Assembly (NCBI GenBank): GCA_022844165.1
Contig: JALHMH010000001.1
Coordinates: 192,001 to 256,000, forward strand
Reading direction: 5' to 3'
DNA from: Lysobacterales bacterium
Lineage (GTDB): Bacteria; Pseudomonadota; Gammaproteobacteria; Xanthomonadales; SZUA-5
Length of the DNA: 64,000 bases
Positions within the stretch are counted from its first letter, which is position 1. Every line of letters starts with the position of its first letter. Shown here piece after piece: positions 46,971 to 56,952 of the stretch. Both the position numbers and the translations under genes were made by a program. The notes beneath the pieces were generated by a model, which saw only the letters and a program-made list of their open reading frames with translations, ran no database searches and was not told the origin of the DNA.

Positions 46971-47513
46971 ATGACCCAACCCGCATCCGCCTACTTCCTG
47001 GTTGACGACAAAACCCGTGTCACGCGCGCCACGCTCTCGATCACTGTCGACAACGAAGTCGGCGCTTTGGCACGCGTCGTGGGCCTGTTCTCAGGTCGCG
47101 GCTACAACATTGAATCGCTCACGGTGGCCGAGACGGATCACCAGAAGCACACCTCGCGCATCACGGTGGTCACGTCCGGCACACCCCATGTCATCGATCA
47201 GATCAAGGCGCAATTGATGCGCTTGATTCCGGTGCATCGCGTGGTCGATTTGGCCGTCGACAAACCAGGATTGGAGCGGGAAATGGCGCTGGTCAAGATC
47301 GCTGCGACAGGAGAGCAGCGCGCGGAAGCGCTGCGTCTCGCCGAGGTCTTTCGCGCACGCGTCATCGACATATCGCCGCAGAGTTTTGTGTTTGAGTTGA
47401 CTGGCACCCCGGTCAAGATTGATGCCTTCGTCGAAATGATGATTCCGATCGGCCTCGTGGAGTTATCGCGCACCGGCGTCGTCGCGATCGGACGTGGCGC
47501 TGAGGCGACCTGA
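46971..47513 (+). CDS. ilvH: Acetolactate synthase small subunit
   Basis: ACT domain LFSGRGYNIESLTV; EREMALVK; ELSRTG. Confidence 0.95.
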   Translation: MTQPASAYFLVDDKTRVTRATLSITVDNEVGALARVVGLFSGRGYNIESLTVAETDHQKHTSRITVVTSGTPHVIDQIKAQLMRLIPVHRVVDLAVDKPGLEREMALVKIAATGEQRAEALRLAEVFRARVIDISPQSFVFELTGTPVKIDAFVEMMIPIGLVELSRTGVVAIGRGAEAT

Positions 47514-47585
47514 CCGATGCGTGCTGCCTAGAGCAGGCCCCTGAGCGCCTGTCTCTCTTTGAGAGCCTCGATCATCCAGACCGCC

Positions 47586-48017
47586 TTAGGCAACCTTAGT
47601 GTTGGCCCAGATGTCAGTCGGTCCGTTTCCCACCGATTCCTTCAGCAGACGAACAGTGCGCATCACTGCCCGATGCATGTCTTGCATCTCACCGTATGGC
47701 ACATCGCGAGTTTCGTGGTAAGCAACCGCCAACCAGAGCGCGATGCCTCGAAGACGCAGCGGCACGTTGTCCGACTTAATGCGCTCAATGGCGATCGTCG
47801 TGCCGTTCCCCCAGGGACTGTAACGCTCGGCATTTTCGCTGGCATACAGATGCGGGGTCGCGTAAGAAGCTGCGTTGGCAAACTCCTTCTGCGTCAACCC
47901 GCAGAGCGCGCGCTTCTGATCCAGGGATAAACCGCCGATGGCCTTTTCCAGCTCTTTCAACTGACCGCGAAGGGTCAGGTAGCGAGCCAACGCCAACGTT
48001 CGAAAAACGAGTTTCAT
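47586..48017 (-). CDS. Hypothetical protein
   Basis: Clean 143-aa ORF with CAGGGG RBS; no motif recognised. Confidence 0.65.
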   Translation of the reverse strand: MKLVFRTLALARYLTLRGQLKELEKAIGGLSLDQKRALCGLTQKEFANAASYATPHLYASENAERYSPWGNGTTIAIERIKSDNVPLRLRGIALWLAVAYHETRDVPYGEMQDMHRAVMRTVRLLKESVGNGPTDIWANTKVA

Positions 48018-48205
48018 GGAATTCCCCTGCCCAGAATGCACATATCTTGCCACAAAACGACATATCGCCACGGTGAATAATTGCGATGCGTGTCACATGT
48101 TGACGCTACGCGTCAGTGGGCGCGAAGACTGCCGTTCGTTTTCTGTGAAGTCAAGTTGCGGACAGCGTCGATCGTGTTCGCGAAGCTCGGGCTTCGCCAG
48201 GCGCT

Positions 48206-49723
48206 CTAAGCCACCGCTCGCGGAGACGCCGAGGCAGCGATGTTTTTGGTGTTTTCGACGTAATGCGCGCCAATGCTCTCACTGCGCTTTATGGCGGCCT
48301 CAATGATCAGCCGACAGACCAGGACCTGGCGAAGTGCGGGCGAGCCTGGCAAGAGTCGGCGCTCCATGACATGCATTTGTTGCAGAGCCTGCGTCAGCCG
48401 CTCTGGCGTGCGAACGATGCCGACATCGTTCCACATAATCTGCTGCGCCCGTGCGCTCACGAGCTTGTCGTTGGTCGAGAGCGGTCGAATGGGCGCCTGG
48501 GCCTGCGGATCTACTGCGGCGATCGGTTGCGCGGGTCCGCGCTGAGCGAGTCTCTCGCCAAGTGAGCGTCCATAGGCGATTGCTTCCAACAATGAATTGC
48601 TCGCCAGTCGGTTGGCGCCATGGACCCCCGTGCACGCCGCTTCGCCAACGGCATACAAGCCCTTGAGTGATGCCATGGAGTGCAAGTCGACCTTGATTCC
48701 ACCCATGTGATAGTGCGCCGCTGGCACCACCGGTACGAACTGCACTCGAGGATCTATCTGGCGGGCTTTGCACGCCTCAAAGAACGAAGGGAAGCGCGAG
48801 CGCAGGCTATCACCCATTTGCCGCGCGTCGATAAAGACGCGATGGCCGCGAGCCCACTGATCCCACACCGCGCGCGCAACGACATCGCGTGGCGCCAGTT
48901 CCGCCTGGCCACTGACGGCCCCCATAAAGCGCGAACCGGTCTCGTTGACCAGTGTTGCTCCAGCGCCGCGCAATGCCTCGGTCACCAGCGGCAGCTGTGT
49001 GTTCGAATCATCGGCTCTGGGTGCGAGTGCCGTGGGATGAAATTGCACGAACTCGAGATCCGCAAGCTCCGCGCCGGCGAGGTGCGCCAGCGCAATGCCG
49101 GAGCCATCAGCCTCGATTGGGTTCGTCGTGTAGCGATACAGTTGCCCGATGCCGCCAGTAGCAAGAACGACGTTGGGGGCCACAAGGCGCACCGTTTCGC
49201 CACGGCGATTGCGCAGGGCAACGCCGACCACGTTGCCGCCGCGTTTCAGCAGTTCCTGGGCTTCGCAAAACTCATAGCGTTCGATCCACGGCTGGCGTGT
49301 CATGGCCTCGCGCAAACAGCGCATCACTTCCGCGCCCGTAGCGTCGCCGCCGGCGTGCAGAATGCGCGGAAACGAATGTGCGGCCTCACGGCCCAGCGTC
49401 AAACGTCCTTGGTGCGTATCGAATTGAACGCCTAGCGACAACAACCAACGAATCACGTCTGGCGCGGCCTCGGCCAGCCATCGGACCGCGGATTTGTGGT
49501 TCAGGCGATGGCCTGCATGCAGCGTATCGGCGGCGTGCTGCGAAGGCGAGTCACCGGGCCCAACTGCCGCAGCGATACCACCTTGCGCCCAACAGCTGGC
49601 TCCATCCAGGCCGAGCACGCCCCGCGAGACCACAGCGACACGCAGCAGCCCGCCCGCGCCTAGCGCCACGCTCAGTCCGGCTGCTCCGCTGCCGACCACA
49701 ATCAGGTCGAATTGCTCTGCCAT
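48206..49723 (-). CDS. nadB: L-aspartate oxidase
   Basis: GSGAAG, WAQGGIA, VQFHPT, AHYHMGG, GVHGANRLASNSLLE. Confidence 0.93.
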   Translation of the reverse strand: MAEQFDLIVVGSGAAGLSVALGAGGLLRVAVVSRGVLGLDGASCWAQGGIAAAVGPGDSPSQHAADTLHAGHRLNHKSAVRWLAEAAPDVIRWLLSLGVQFDTHQGRLTLGREAAHSFPRILHAGGDATGAEVMRCLREAMTRQPWIERYEFCEAQELLKRGGNVVGVALRNRRGETVRLVAPNVVLATGGIGQLYRYTTNPIEADGSGIALAHLAGAELADLEFVQFHPTALAPRADDSNTQLPLVTEALRGAGATLVNETGSRFMGAVSGQAELAPRDVVARAVWDQWARGHRVFIDARQMGDSLRSRFPSFFEACKARQIDPRVQFVPVVPAAHYHMGGIKVDLHSMASLKGLYAVGEAACTGVHGANRLASNSLLEAIAYGRSLGERLAQRGPAQPIAAVDPQAQAPIRPLSTNDKLVSARAQQIMWNDVGIVRTPERLTQALQQMHVMERRLLPGSPALRQVLVCRLIIEAAIKRSESIGAHYVENTKNIAASASPRAVA

Positions 49724-50065
49724 CACGCCCCCATCCATGACGACCGAGCGTCAGGAAATCAATCTTCATGTTGACCCATGGCCGTCACGTGAATTGTGCT
49801 GGCGACCACATTTTAGCCAGATACAGGCGCTAAATGTCAAAATATGACGTGAAAGGGCAGTTGGGAGATCCCGTGCAGTCAACCCGCGAACGCTTTTCGG
49901 ATCGCGTCGCTGACTATGTTTGCGCACGACCCTCCTACCCGCCGTTATTGGATGTGCTGAGATCGATCGGACTCTGTCCGCCGGCAAGAATTGCAGATAT
50001 CGGCGCGGGCACAGGATTATCGTCTCTGCGCTTGTTCGAAGCCGGCTTTGACGTCGTTGCCCTAG

Positions 50066-50294
50066 TGTGGTGTTCCGTCATTAAGTTGAACAATATTTCC
50101 GATGGATTTCGGCGTCAGGCAAGGCGCGACGAGGGTGAAAGTCGGTGGCTTTCGCGGCATGCCGCGAGCCGACTTGAACGACCGGCGGCTGCGCCGCCGG
50201 GCCGGACGACATAGCTCTTCTATGGCGACGAGAAGCAACGCTGCATGGGGTCGAAAGACGCGGAAATCGTTCAAGGTCATTACGGAACACCACA
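50066..50294. mobile_element. MITE-A (229 bp, non-autonomous IS derivative)
   Basis: Terminal inverted repeats TGTGGTGTTCCGT / ACGGAACACCACA flanked by CTAG on both sides; second copy at 22390. Confidence 0.9.
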
Positions 50295-50298
50295 CTAG

Positions 50299-50450
50299 CA
50301 GGCTGTTGAGGAACAGCCTGCGGGCGCGAACCATGGATGGTTCGCACATGGGTCGAGCACGTAAGTGCTTGATCCATGGAGAGCGAGTCCGGACATGTGC
50401 CGGACTCGCGACTTGAGAAACGCACAGGAAGTGCGTTTCTCAACAATGTG
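50299..50450. mobile_element. MITE-B (152 bp)
   Basis: Imperfect TIR CAGGCTGTTGAGGAAC / GTTTCTCAACAATGTG flanked by CTAG and CTAA; partial copies near 22330 and 22570. Confidence 0.8.
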
Positions 50451-51007
50451 CTAAAGCCTAATGGGCCGATACGTGCGGCAGGAGAAGCGTTGTTGCCGCA
50501 GGTCGAATGGGCCGGGGGCACAGCTGAAGCAACAGGGCTTGGCGATATGAGCATCGACGCCTGGTTCGCGGCCCAAGCATTCCATTGGTTCGATCCGCTG
50601 GCAGCACGCCGCGAAGCTTTGCGTGTGCTCAAGCGCGACGCCTGTGGCGCAATACTGGTTTGGAATCAACGGCGGCTGGATGGCACGCCGTTTCATGCCG
50701 CTTACGAAGCATTGCTCATCGAGTTCGGTATCGACTACGGCTTGGTGCGTCATGATCACATCGACGTCCGACGCCTCGACGATTTTTTCGGTCCTCATGG
50801 TTCGACCGAGTGCCGACTGGAAAATGCGCAACGTCTGGATCGCGACGGCCACGTTGCAAGGCTCAAGTCGTCATCCTATATGCCGTCGATGGATCACCCA
50901 CGTTTCGGCGAAATGTTCTCCGTCGCAAACAGTGTGTTCGAGAGATTCCAATCGAATGGAATCGTCGAGTTCGAATATGATGTCCGCGTTTTGCACGGGC
51001 CGCTGCG

Positions 51008-51850
51008 GTGAGCCAAAGCCATTTGGAGAAACGGACTCAGATGTGCAGATCCGGCTCCGTCAAGGACGCTAGCGTGGAAATGACGGCAGCCTATCGTTTT
51101 TATCCGGGTCGCAACCAACGCTACTTCGTGCTTTGCGACCACGCAACGAATCGAGTGCCGACCGAGCTTAGTGGACTTGGTTTGCCAGCGATAGAGCGTC
51201 GGCGCCACATTGCCTGGGACATCGGCGCTGCTGATGTCGCACGACGATTGGCAGCGTATTTCGCTGCCCCCAGAATTGAGAGCCGCGTGTCGCGGTTGGT
51301 GATCGATGCCAATCGTGCCTGGGACGATCCGACGCTCATCCCAGAAAGCAGCGATGGCACCGTCATTCCCGGCAATTTGGATTTGAGCTTGGTCGAGCGA
51401 CAACGTCGATTCTTGACCTACCACGAACCGTACCATCGTCGCATCGCGCGTCACTTGGACCAACTCGCACGCCTGCCGCCGCTCGTCGTTTCGATTCACA
51501 GTTTTACGCCGCGGCTCGGCGCGCAGACTCGTCCTTGGCCGATCGGTGTGCTGTGGCGTCACGATCCAGAATTTGCCCACCGCCTGATTGCCGAGCTCGG
51601 CGTCGACGGTACTCTGGTTGGCGACAACCAACCGTACGACGGCCATGTCGCGATGGGATTTACAGTGGACTATCACGCTGTCCGTCGCGGTTCGCCGTAC
51701 ACGATGATTGAGTTGCGCCAGGACCAACTGGAAACGCCAGCCAGCCGACGGCTTTGGTCCTTGAAGCTATTCCGCGCACTTCAAGCTCTTACTGAGCCTG
51801 ATCCTGGTCAGAAAGAAGCCGCGAACCGCTTTCAGCTTCAAGAATGCTAG
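51008..51850 (+). CDS. N-formylglutamate amidohydrolase family protein
   Basis: CDHA, HIAWDIGA, SRLVIDANR, SIHSFTP, IELRQD; start may be 51080. Confidence 0.9.
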   Translation: MSQSHLEKRTQMCRSGSVKDASVEMTAAYRFYPGRNQRYFVLCDHATNRVPTELSGLGLPAIERRRHIAWDIGAADVARRLAAYFAAPRIESRVSRLVIDANRAWDDPTLIPESSDGTVIPGNLDLSLVERQRRFLTYHEPYHRRIARHLDQLARLPPLVVSIHSFTPRLGAQTRPWPIGVLWRHDPEFAHRLIAELGVDGTLVGDNQPYDGHVAMGFTVDYHAVRRGSPYTMIELRQDQLETPASRRLWSLKLFRALQALTEPDPGQKEAANRFQLQEC

Positions 51851-52407
51851 GGCAAGGACGCCGCGAACCGCCGCCGTAGTCCGCAGGCGGTGAGCACTTG
51901 AGGCCATGGGAACTGCGGCCCGGGATCGCGTTTTCGACGCACCATTTGCGTGGCATCGTCGCTCGCGGGTACTTCGGTCAGGTCGAGGTCTTCGTGGCCA
52001 GCGATATCCGTGATCGACGGCGAACGAGCGCATATCCACAGCAGAATTTGCATCAGGCCGGCAATCTGGGCAGAAGAGTAGGGCTCGGTCATGGCCTGTC
52101 GTTGCGAATGCAGCCAATCTGGGTAACGACCGATGTTCACCAGTTCGATGCCGATGCTGCGGGCGTTCCATCCACGTGTGTGGTGTGCCACGCGCTCGAT
52201 CGGCACGTATTCGAATGCGCGACCATCGCGATCGAGATAGAAGTGGCCGCTGTTGCCTGTGCCACTTGGATAGCGCACCAGTTCGCCTTCGCGACGCGCA
52301 TCCGACAACTTCGGCAGTTCGGTGCAATGGATGATGACGATGTCCGGGTCGCGTGCACGGCGCTCGAGCAGATCGACGTAGGGCAAGTGCTCAATGTTAA
52401 TCTGCAT
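51847..52407 (-). CDS. N-acetylmuramoyl-L-alanine amidase (Amidase_2, AmpD-like)
   Basis: VIIHCTE, AHH...NARSIGIELVN, GHEDL, KRDPGPQF. Confidence 0.9.
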   Translation of the reverse strand: MQINIEHLPYVDLLERRARDPDIVIIHCTELPKLSDARREGELVRYPSGTGNSGHFYLDRDGRAFEYVPIERVAHHTRGWNARSIGIELVNIGRYPDWLHSQRQAMTEPYSSAQIAGLMQILLWICARSPSITDIAGHEDLDLTEVPASDDATQMVRRKRDPGPQFPWPQVLTACGLRRRFAASLP

Positions 52408-52438
52408 GTTCGTCGCGATCCGGACTCTTCTGGCGAAC

Positions 52439-52972
52439 ATGACACATATCGACCCGCCGCGTCATCCCGAGAATTGCAAAGGTCACGTGATCTTATCGCA
52501 TGGTATGGAAACCGGCCCCAATGCGACAAAAGTGACGCGCCTGGCGGCGCTGGCGGAGCAAATGGGCTTTAGTGCCCATCGTGTCGACGATGTTGGCATT
52601 TTCGACCCCGAATTGCGTATCGCCAGACTCCTGCCCCTGATTGACGCTGTGCCCAGGCCGTGCGTGTTGATGGGTTCGAGCCTTGGCGCCTACGTGTCTG
52701 GGCGCGCCTCATTGATACGCAACGTCGATGCCCTGTTCTTGCTTGCGCCACCGGTGCGAGTTCCGCCCCCGAATCCTATGCTCGCTTTGCGTGCGCCGCA
52801 TATTCGTATCGTGCATGGCTGGCGAGACGAACTGATCGCGGCCGGCGATGTGTTTGATCTCGCGGCGCAAACCAGAGCAACCCTGCATCTGGTCGATGCC
52901 GATCATCGGCTGACCTCGGTGATGGCAGATGTCGAACGCGAGTTTGCGACATTGTTAAGCTGCGTCGGGTGA
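52439..52972 (+). CDS. Alpha/beta hydrolase
   Basis: SHG, GSSLG nucleophile elbow, HGWRD, DH. Confidence 0.88.
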   Translation: MTHIDPPRHPENCKGHVILSHGMETGPNATKVTRLAALAEQMGFSAHRVDDVGIFDPELRIARLLPLIDAVPRPCVLMGSSLGAYVSGRASLIRNVDALFLLAPPVRVPPPNPMLALRAPHIRIVHGWRDELIAAGDVFDLAAQTRATLHLVDADHRLTSVMADVEREFATLLSCVG

Positions 52973-53170
52973 GCGGATTGACCACTGGCTCAACCTCGGG
53001 GCAAAGGCAATGAGTCGAGCAAGTGCGCGTCGCGATCGCCTCGCGGCGCCGGTCGACTTGTCGCCATGACAGTTTGAGTCGACGGCTGAAGGGCCTGCCT
53101 GAACATTGCCGAAATGTCCGCTAAGTCGTATCGTCCAAGGCCCGTCCGTGTTCAGTCAGGTGTCAGTCTT

Positions 53171-56100
53171 ATGAAGGGTTCGTCAGCGTCAGTTTGGCGT
53201 TGCGTCATCGTATCGATGGCGCTCCTGGGATCGATGGGTGCGCAGCTGGCGCACGCAGACGAAAAAGCGGTCATCGAACAATCGAGAGGCGCCGACCCTC
53301 GGGTTGATTATCCAGGCCTGACGCGGTTCGGGCCGTGGGACGACCGCAACTACGCGTTGCGCAAAGAAGACATCGATCTGTTGCACCCGAACGATCAATA
53401 CCTGCCGACGGTTCCCGCGTTCTTCAAGGTTCTAAAGCGCAAAGAGATGGCGACGCAGGGATTTCCGCTGCTGGACGATTTGTATCCGCGCGAAACCGAC
53501 AAGGAATTCCAGTACCGTTTTGGCGGCTTGATGCAAAACGGCCAGTTAAAGCTGACAGAACGTGGTCGCTACCATTACCAGGGTCCGGAGAACCCGAATC
53601 CTCTGAAGCCGGATCGTTTTGCGACCGATCCGGTCGCGCGGAACTTGGACAAAGCGGCGCCTGTGTTGAGCGAAGGGCCGTTCGACGGCACGCTGAGCAA
53701 CAATGAGACGACCATCGAGTATCACCCGACGAATCCCAATATCGCCATTGCGGGATCAAACGGTTCGGGCGGTCAGCGCATGTCGTTTTCGTCAGACGGC
53801 GGCGCAACCTGGGGGAACGCTGGTGCGCTGTCTGGCACGTGCTGCGATCCAGCGATCGAATACACATCGAACGGCGCAATCGCCTTCGCAGCGACCTTGG
53901 GCCAATCGGGCAGCGGCTGCACCTTCTCACTGTGCTCGACGGTGTACTGGTCTTTCAATAACGGCCAAACCTGGTTGGGGCCGGTGCATACCTCAACAGC
54001 CAGCTCCGATAAGGAGTTCATCCATGTGGACAGGTCGCCAGATTCGCCGTTCCGCGACCGTGTGTATTTGACCTGGCACCAAGGCAACGTGATGCAGTTT
54101 GCGCGCTCAACCGCGTTGCCAGTGCAAGGCGGCGCCGGGCTGCAATTTGCGCCAACGATTTCTTTTGCGCCGGACGAACGTGGCATCGGCAGCGATATTG
54201 CCACTGATCGCCAAGGGCGAATTTATTACGTTTACCCCAGCACCACGACCGGTTCTGCGGAAATGCGCTTGCTTCGTTCCGACGACGGCGGCGTCACCTT
54301 CGTCGATCTCAACGGTGCGACGGCCGGCCTGGCCAGTCAGATCTTCGATTTGCACGGCCGCTTCGACTTCCCCATTCCAGCGATGGAATCGCGCGAAGTC
54401 TTCATCTACGCAGTCGTCGACGTCGATATGAGCGGCGGGCCGCGCGATGGCCGTGTGTATGTCGCATTCACCGATGAAAACGCTGCTGCTGGCAGCCCCG
54501 GCAACGGCACTGGCGCTGTCAATTCCAATCATGCGTGGGTTCGCGTGATCTATTCGGACGATCAGGGTGCAACGTGGTCTACCGGCACCAGCCCACATTC
54601 GCTCGCCGACCAAACCACGGTCGATCGATTCCAGCCGTGGATGAAGCTGGATGCACAAGGCAATGTCCATATCGGCTGGCAAGACACACGAAATTCGGGA
54701 GACGGCTTGCGCAACAAGGCCGATTGGTACTACGCCGTATCGACGGATGGTGGCAATACCTGGGTCGAAGAAACGCGTGTTTCTTCGGTGGTTTCGCAGA
54801 ACATTGCCAACGGACAGGAATGGGGCGACTACAACGGCCTCGGTATCTCCTCGGACGGGCAGGTGATCGGAATGACCTGGACCGACAATCGCATCGTCAC
54901 GCCGCCATCCACGACATCGCAGCGTTCGTTTGCCGGTCGTGTGCAAAATCTGTTCAATACGCCGTCCTTCAACATGAGTGCGCCGAACTCGTCGATCAGT
55001 GTCTGCGCGCGCACGCCGTCGGCGACCAATGCACCGCCGGTGACCCTGAATCTCGTGGCGATTAACGGTTTCAGCGGCACCACCAACCTGAGTTTCCCGA
55101 ATCCACTTCCCTCTGGTGTCGCTGGCACGCTGACGCCAACGGCTGTGACCACATTGCCCGGCAGTTCCATCGCGCAACTCACCGCAAACAATACTGCGAC
55201 GCCGGGTACGGTCGGCGTGGTGGTTCGCGGTGTATCCGGCGCGATCACGCGCGACGTGCCGATTTCGCTGACCATCGCCACTGCGGCACCAACCGTGTCG
55301 ACGTTGACGTTGCCCGCCAACGGTGCAACTGCGGTCAGCACCTCGCCGACATTCACCTGGAGCGCCTCGACACAGGCCGCGTCCTATCAGCTGGACGTTG
55401 CAACAGACGCTGCATTCACCAATATCCTGTTCACGCGAACGTTGACCGATACCAGCTTGGTCTCGCCTGTCGCGCTGCCGACCTCGACGCAGATTTTCTG
55501 GCGCGTCACCGCAACGAACGCGTGTCCGGTGCAAGAGCCAGTCGAGCTGTTCATGGACGGATTTGAGGACCCGGTGCCTGGCGGTGCAGGTGCCGTGTCT
55601 GCGACGGGCAGCTTTACGACCCAATCCGCGCCTGGCGATTGTCCTGCGGGCCCTGCGCCAACCATCCTGCTGAGCGAGAACTTCGATAGCGGCACGCCGG
55701 GTTCGGGCTGGGGTCAGCAAGCTGGCGGTTCTGGAACAAACACCTGGGCGGTGACCAATGCGTTCCCGTTCGGTGGTTCCGGTCAGTCGTTACGCGCCAC
55801 TGCGCCGACCACGGTGTCCGATCAACGCTATGTCAGTCCAGCGATTGCCCTCGGTGCAGTTGGCAATGGTCTGACGCTGACCTTCCAATCGCGACACGCC
55901 ATCGAAATCCGCACCACTGGGGCCAACTGTTTTGATGCTGCGATTCTCGAAGTGTCAACCGACGGTGGTACCAGCTTTACGCAAGTTCCAGGCGCTCAGC
56001 TTCTCACTGATCCATACAACGCTCCCGTCGACGCGGGATTTTCGAGTCCGATTCCGGGCGTGCCCGCCTGGTGCGGAACCCAGCCCTTTACCAGCAATGT

Positions 56101-56224
56101 TGTTGATCTGGCGCCATATGCCGGGCAAACGGCACAGTTCCGCTTCCGACTGACTTCCGATTCGTCCGTCAGCCTTCCGGATGGCTGGATCATCGATAAC
56201 GTCGAAGTTAAGCGTTGCAATTGA
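53171..56224 (+). CDS. Large secreted BNR/Asp-box (sialidase-like) propeller protein with Ig/Fn3-like and C-terminal jelly-roll (M6/MAM-like) domains
   Basis: Signal peptide; repeated SxDGGxTW Asp boxes; C-terminal FRFRLTSD...GWIIDNV. Confidence 0.8.
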   Translation: MKGSSASVWRCVIVSMALLGSMGAQLAHADEKAVIEQSRGADPRVDYPGLTRFGPWDDRNYALRKEDIDLLHPNDQYLPTVPAFFKVLKRKEMATQGFPLLDDLYPRETDKEFQYRFGGLMQNGQLKLTERGRYHYQGPENPNPLKPDRFATDPVARNLDKAAPVLSEGPFDGTLSNNETTIEYHPTNPNIAIAGSNGSGGQRMSFSSDGGATWGNAGALSGTCCDPAIEYTSNGAIAFAATLGQSGSGCTFSLCSTVYWSFNNGQTWLGPVHTSTASSDKEFIHVDRSPDSPFRDRVYLTWHQGNVMQFARSTALPVQGGAGLQFAPTISFAPDERGIGSDIATDRQGRIYYVYPSTTTGSAEMRLLRSDDGGVTFVDLNGATAGLASQIFDLHGRFDFPIPAMESREVFIYAVVDVDMSGGPRDGRVYVAFTDENAAAGSPGNGTGAVNSNHAWVRVIYSDDQGATWSTGTSPHSLADQTTVDRFQPWMKLDAQGNVHIGWQDTRNSGDGLRNKADWYYAVSTDGGNTWVEETRVSSVVSQNIANGQEWGDYNGLGISSDGQVIGMTWTDNRIVTPPSTTSQRSFAGRVQNLFNTPSFNMSAPNSSISVCARTPSATNAPPVTLNLVAINGFSGTTNLSFPNPLPSGVAGTLTPTAVTTLPGSSIAQLTANNTATPGTVGVVVRGVSGAITRDVPISLTIATAAPTVSTLTLPANGATAVSTSPTFTWSASTQAASYQLDVATDAAFTNILFTRTLTDTSLVSPVALPTSTQIFWRVTATNACPVQEPVELFMDGFEDPVPGGAGAVSATGSFTTQSAPGDCPAGPAPTILLSENFDSGTPGSGWGQQAGGSGTNTWAVTNAFPFGGSGQSLRATAPTTVSDQRYVSPAIALGAVGNGLTLTFQSRHAIEIRTTGANCFDAAILEVSTDGGTSFTQVPGAQLLTDPYNAPVDAGFSSPIPGVPAWCGTQPFTSNVVDLAPYAGQTAQFRFRLTSDSSVSLPDGWIIDNVEVKRCN

Positions 56225-56249
56225 GAACTGTCAGTCGATGATGGAAATG

Positions 56250-56278
56250 AAAACCCCCGGCCTTGCCGGGGGTTTTTT
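56250..56278. terminator. Bidirectional rho-independent terminator
   Basis: AAAACCCCCGG-CCTTG-CCGGGGGTTTTTT between convergent genes. Confidence 0.9.
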
Positions 56279-56421
56279 CAATTTGCGTCACTTGCTAACA
56301 GTATGCTTCGAGATGAAGGGAGGAGGGATCAGGCGCTTGCGTGACCGATCCGTGTGATCCGCCACAGTGCCGCCAGTTGGCTTTCTGTTATCAGCCTGGT
56401 GCGAGATCGCGATTGCAGAAA

Positions 56422-56847
56422 CTACTTGCCAATGGAGAGGGTGACGCTGCAATCGTAAATGTCGATACAGCCGATCCCCAGCCAGTCGTTGCAGGTGTCG
56501 CCGCTCGGACCCTTGTCGCCGTTCTTGACCAGGGCGACCTTGCAGCTGATCTCCACGCCTTCGGTCGGATCGGCGCCGTCTGGAATGGGCAACTTCAGAT
56601 CGCCGACCTCAGCTGTGTAACTCCGGCCGTCGGAAGTGGCGCGGGTGGGACCGGACCAGGCGTCGCTGAGCAGTGGCAGTGCGTCACGCGGCCGGCCATC
56701 GGCTCCGAGGGTCATCGCTTGGTCGAGTGGAAAGCGGATGGTTCCGCGCTGATATTGCAGCTGAATCGACTGGCCATCTGCGGCGTTGGCGGTCGCCGGC
56801 ATCAACATCGGGAAGGTGCAAGCAATAAAAAGCAGACGAATGTTCAC
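56422..56847 (-). CDS. Hypothetical exported protein
   Basis: GTG start after GGGAGA RBS; signal peptide ending ANA; four Cys near the C-terminus. Confidence 0.7.
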   Translation of the reverse strand: MNIRLLFIACTFPMLMPATANAADGQSIQLQYQRGTIRFPLDQAMTLGADGRPRDALPLLSDAWSGPTRATSDGRSYTAEVGDLKLPIPDGADPTEGVEISCKVALVKNGDKGPSGDTCNDWLGIGCIDIYDCSVTLSIGK

Positions 56848-56952
56848 GGATAATCTCCCTCAGGTTCGGAGTGGCGGATGCCACGCCTTAACCCAACAGT
56901 ACGCACGCGAATGCGGCCACAGATCAACGTGCCAGGAACCTAAGCGGTGGGC

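Larger units (their letters stand above)
49834..51011 (+). pseudogene. Class I SAM-dependent methyltransferase interrupted by two MITEs
   Basis: DIGAGTG motif in 5' part, AQAFHWFD in 3' part; deleting 50066-50454 restores one 262-codon frame. Confidence 0.9.

Noticed and set aside
50081-50632. ORFs shared between 22391-22742 and 50062-50632
   Set aside because: They are translations of the MITE sequences and carry no transposase motifs.
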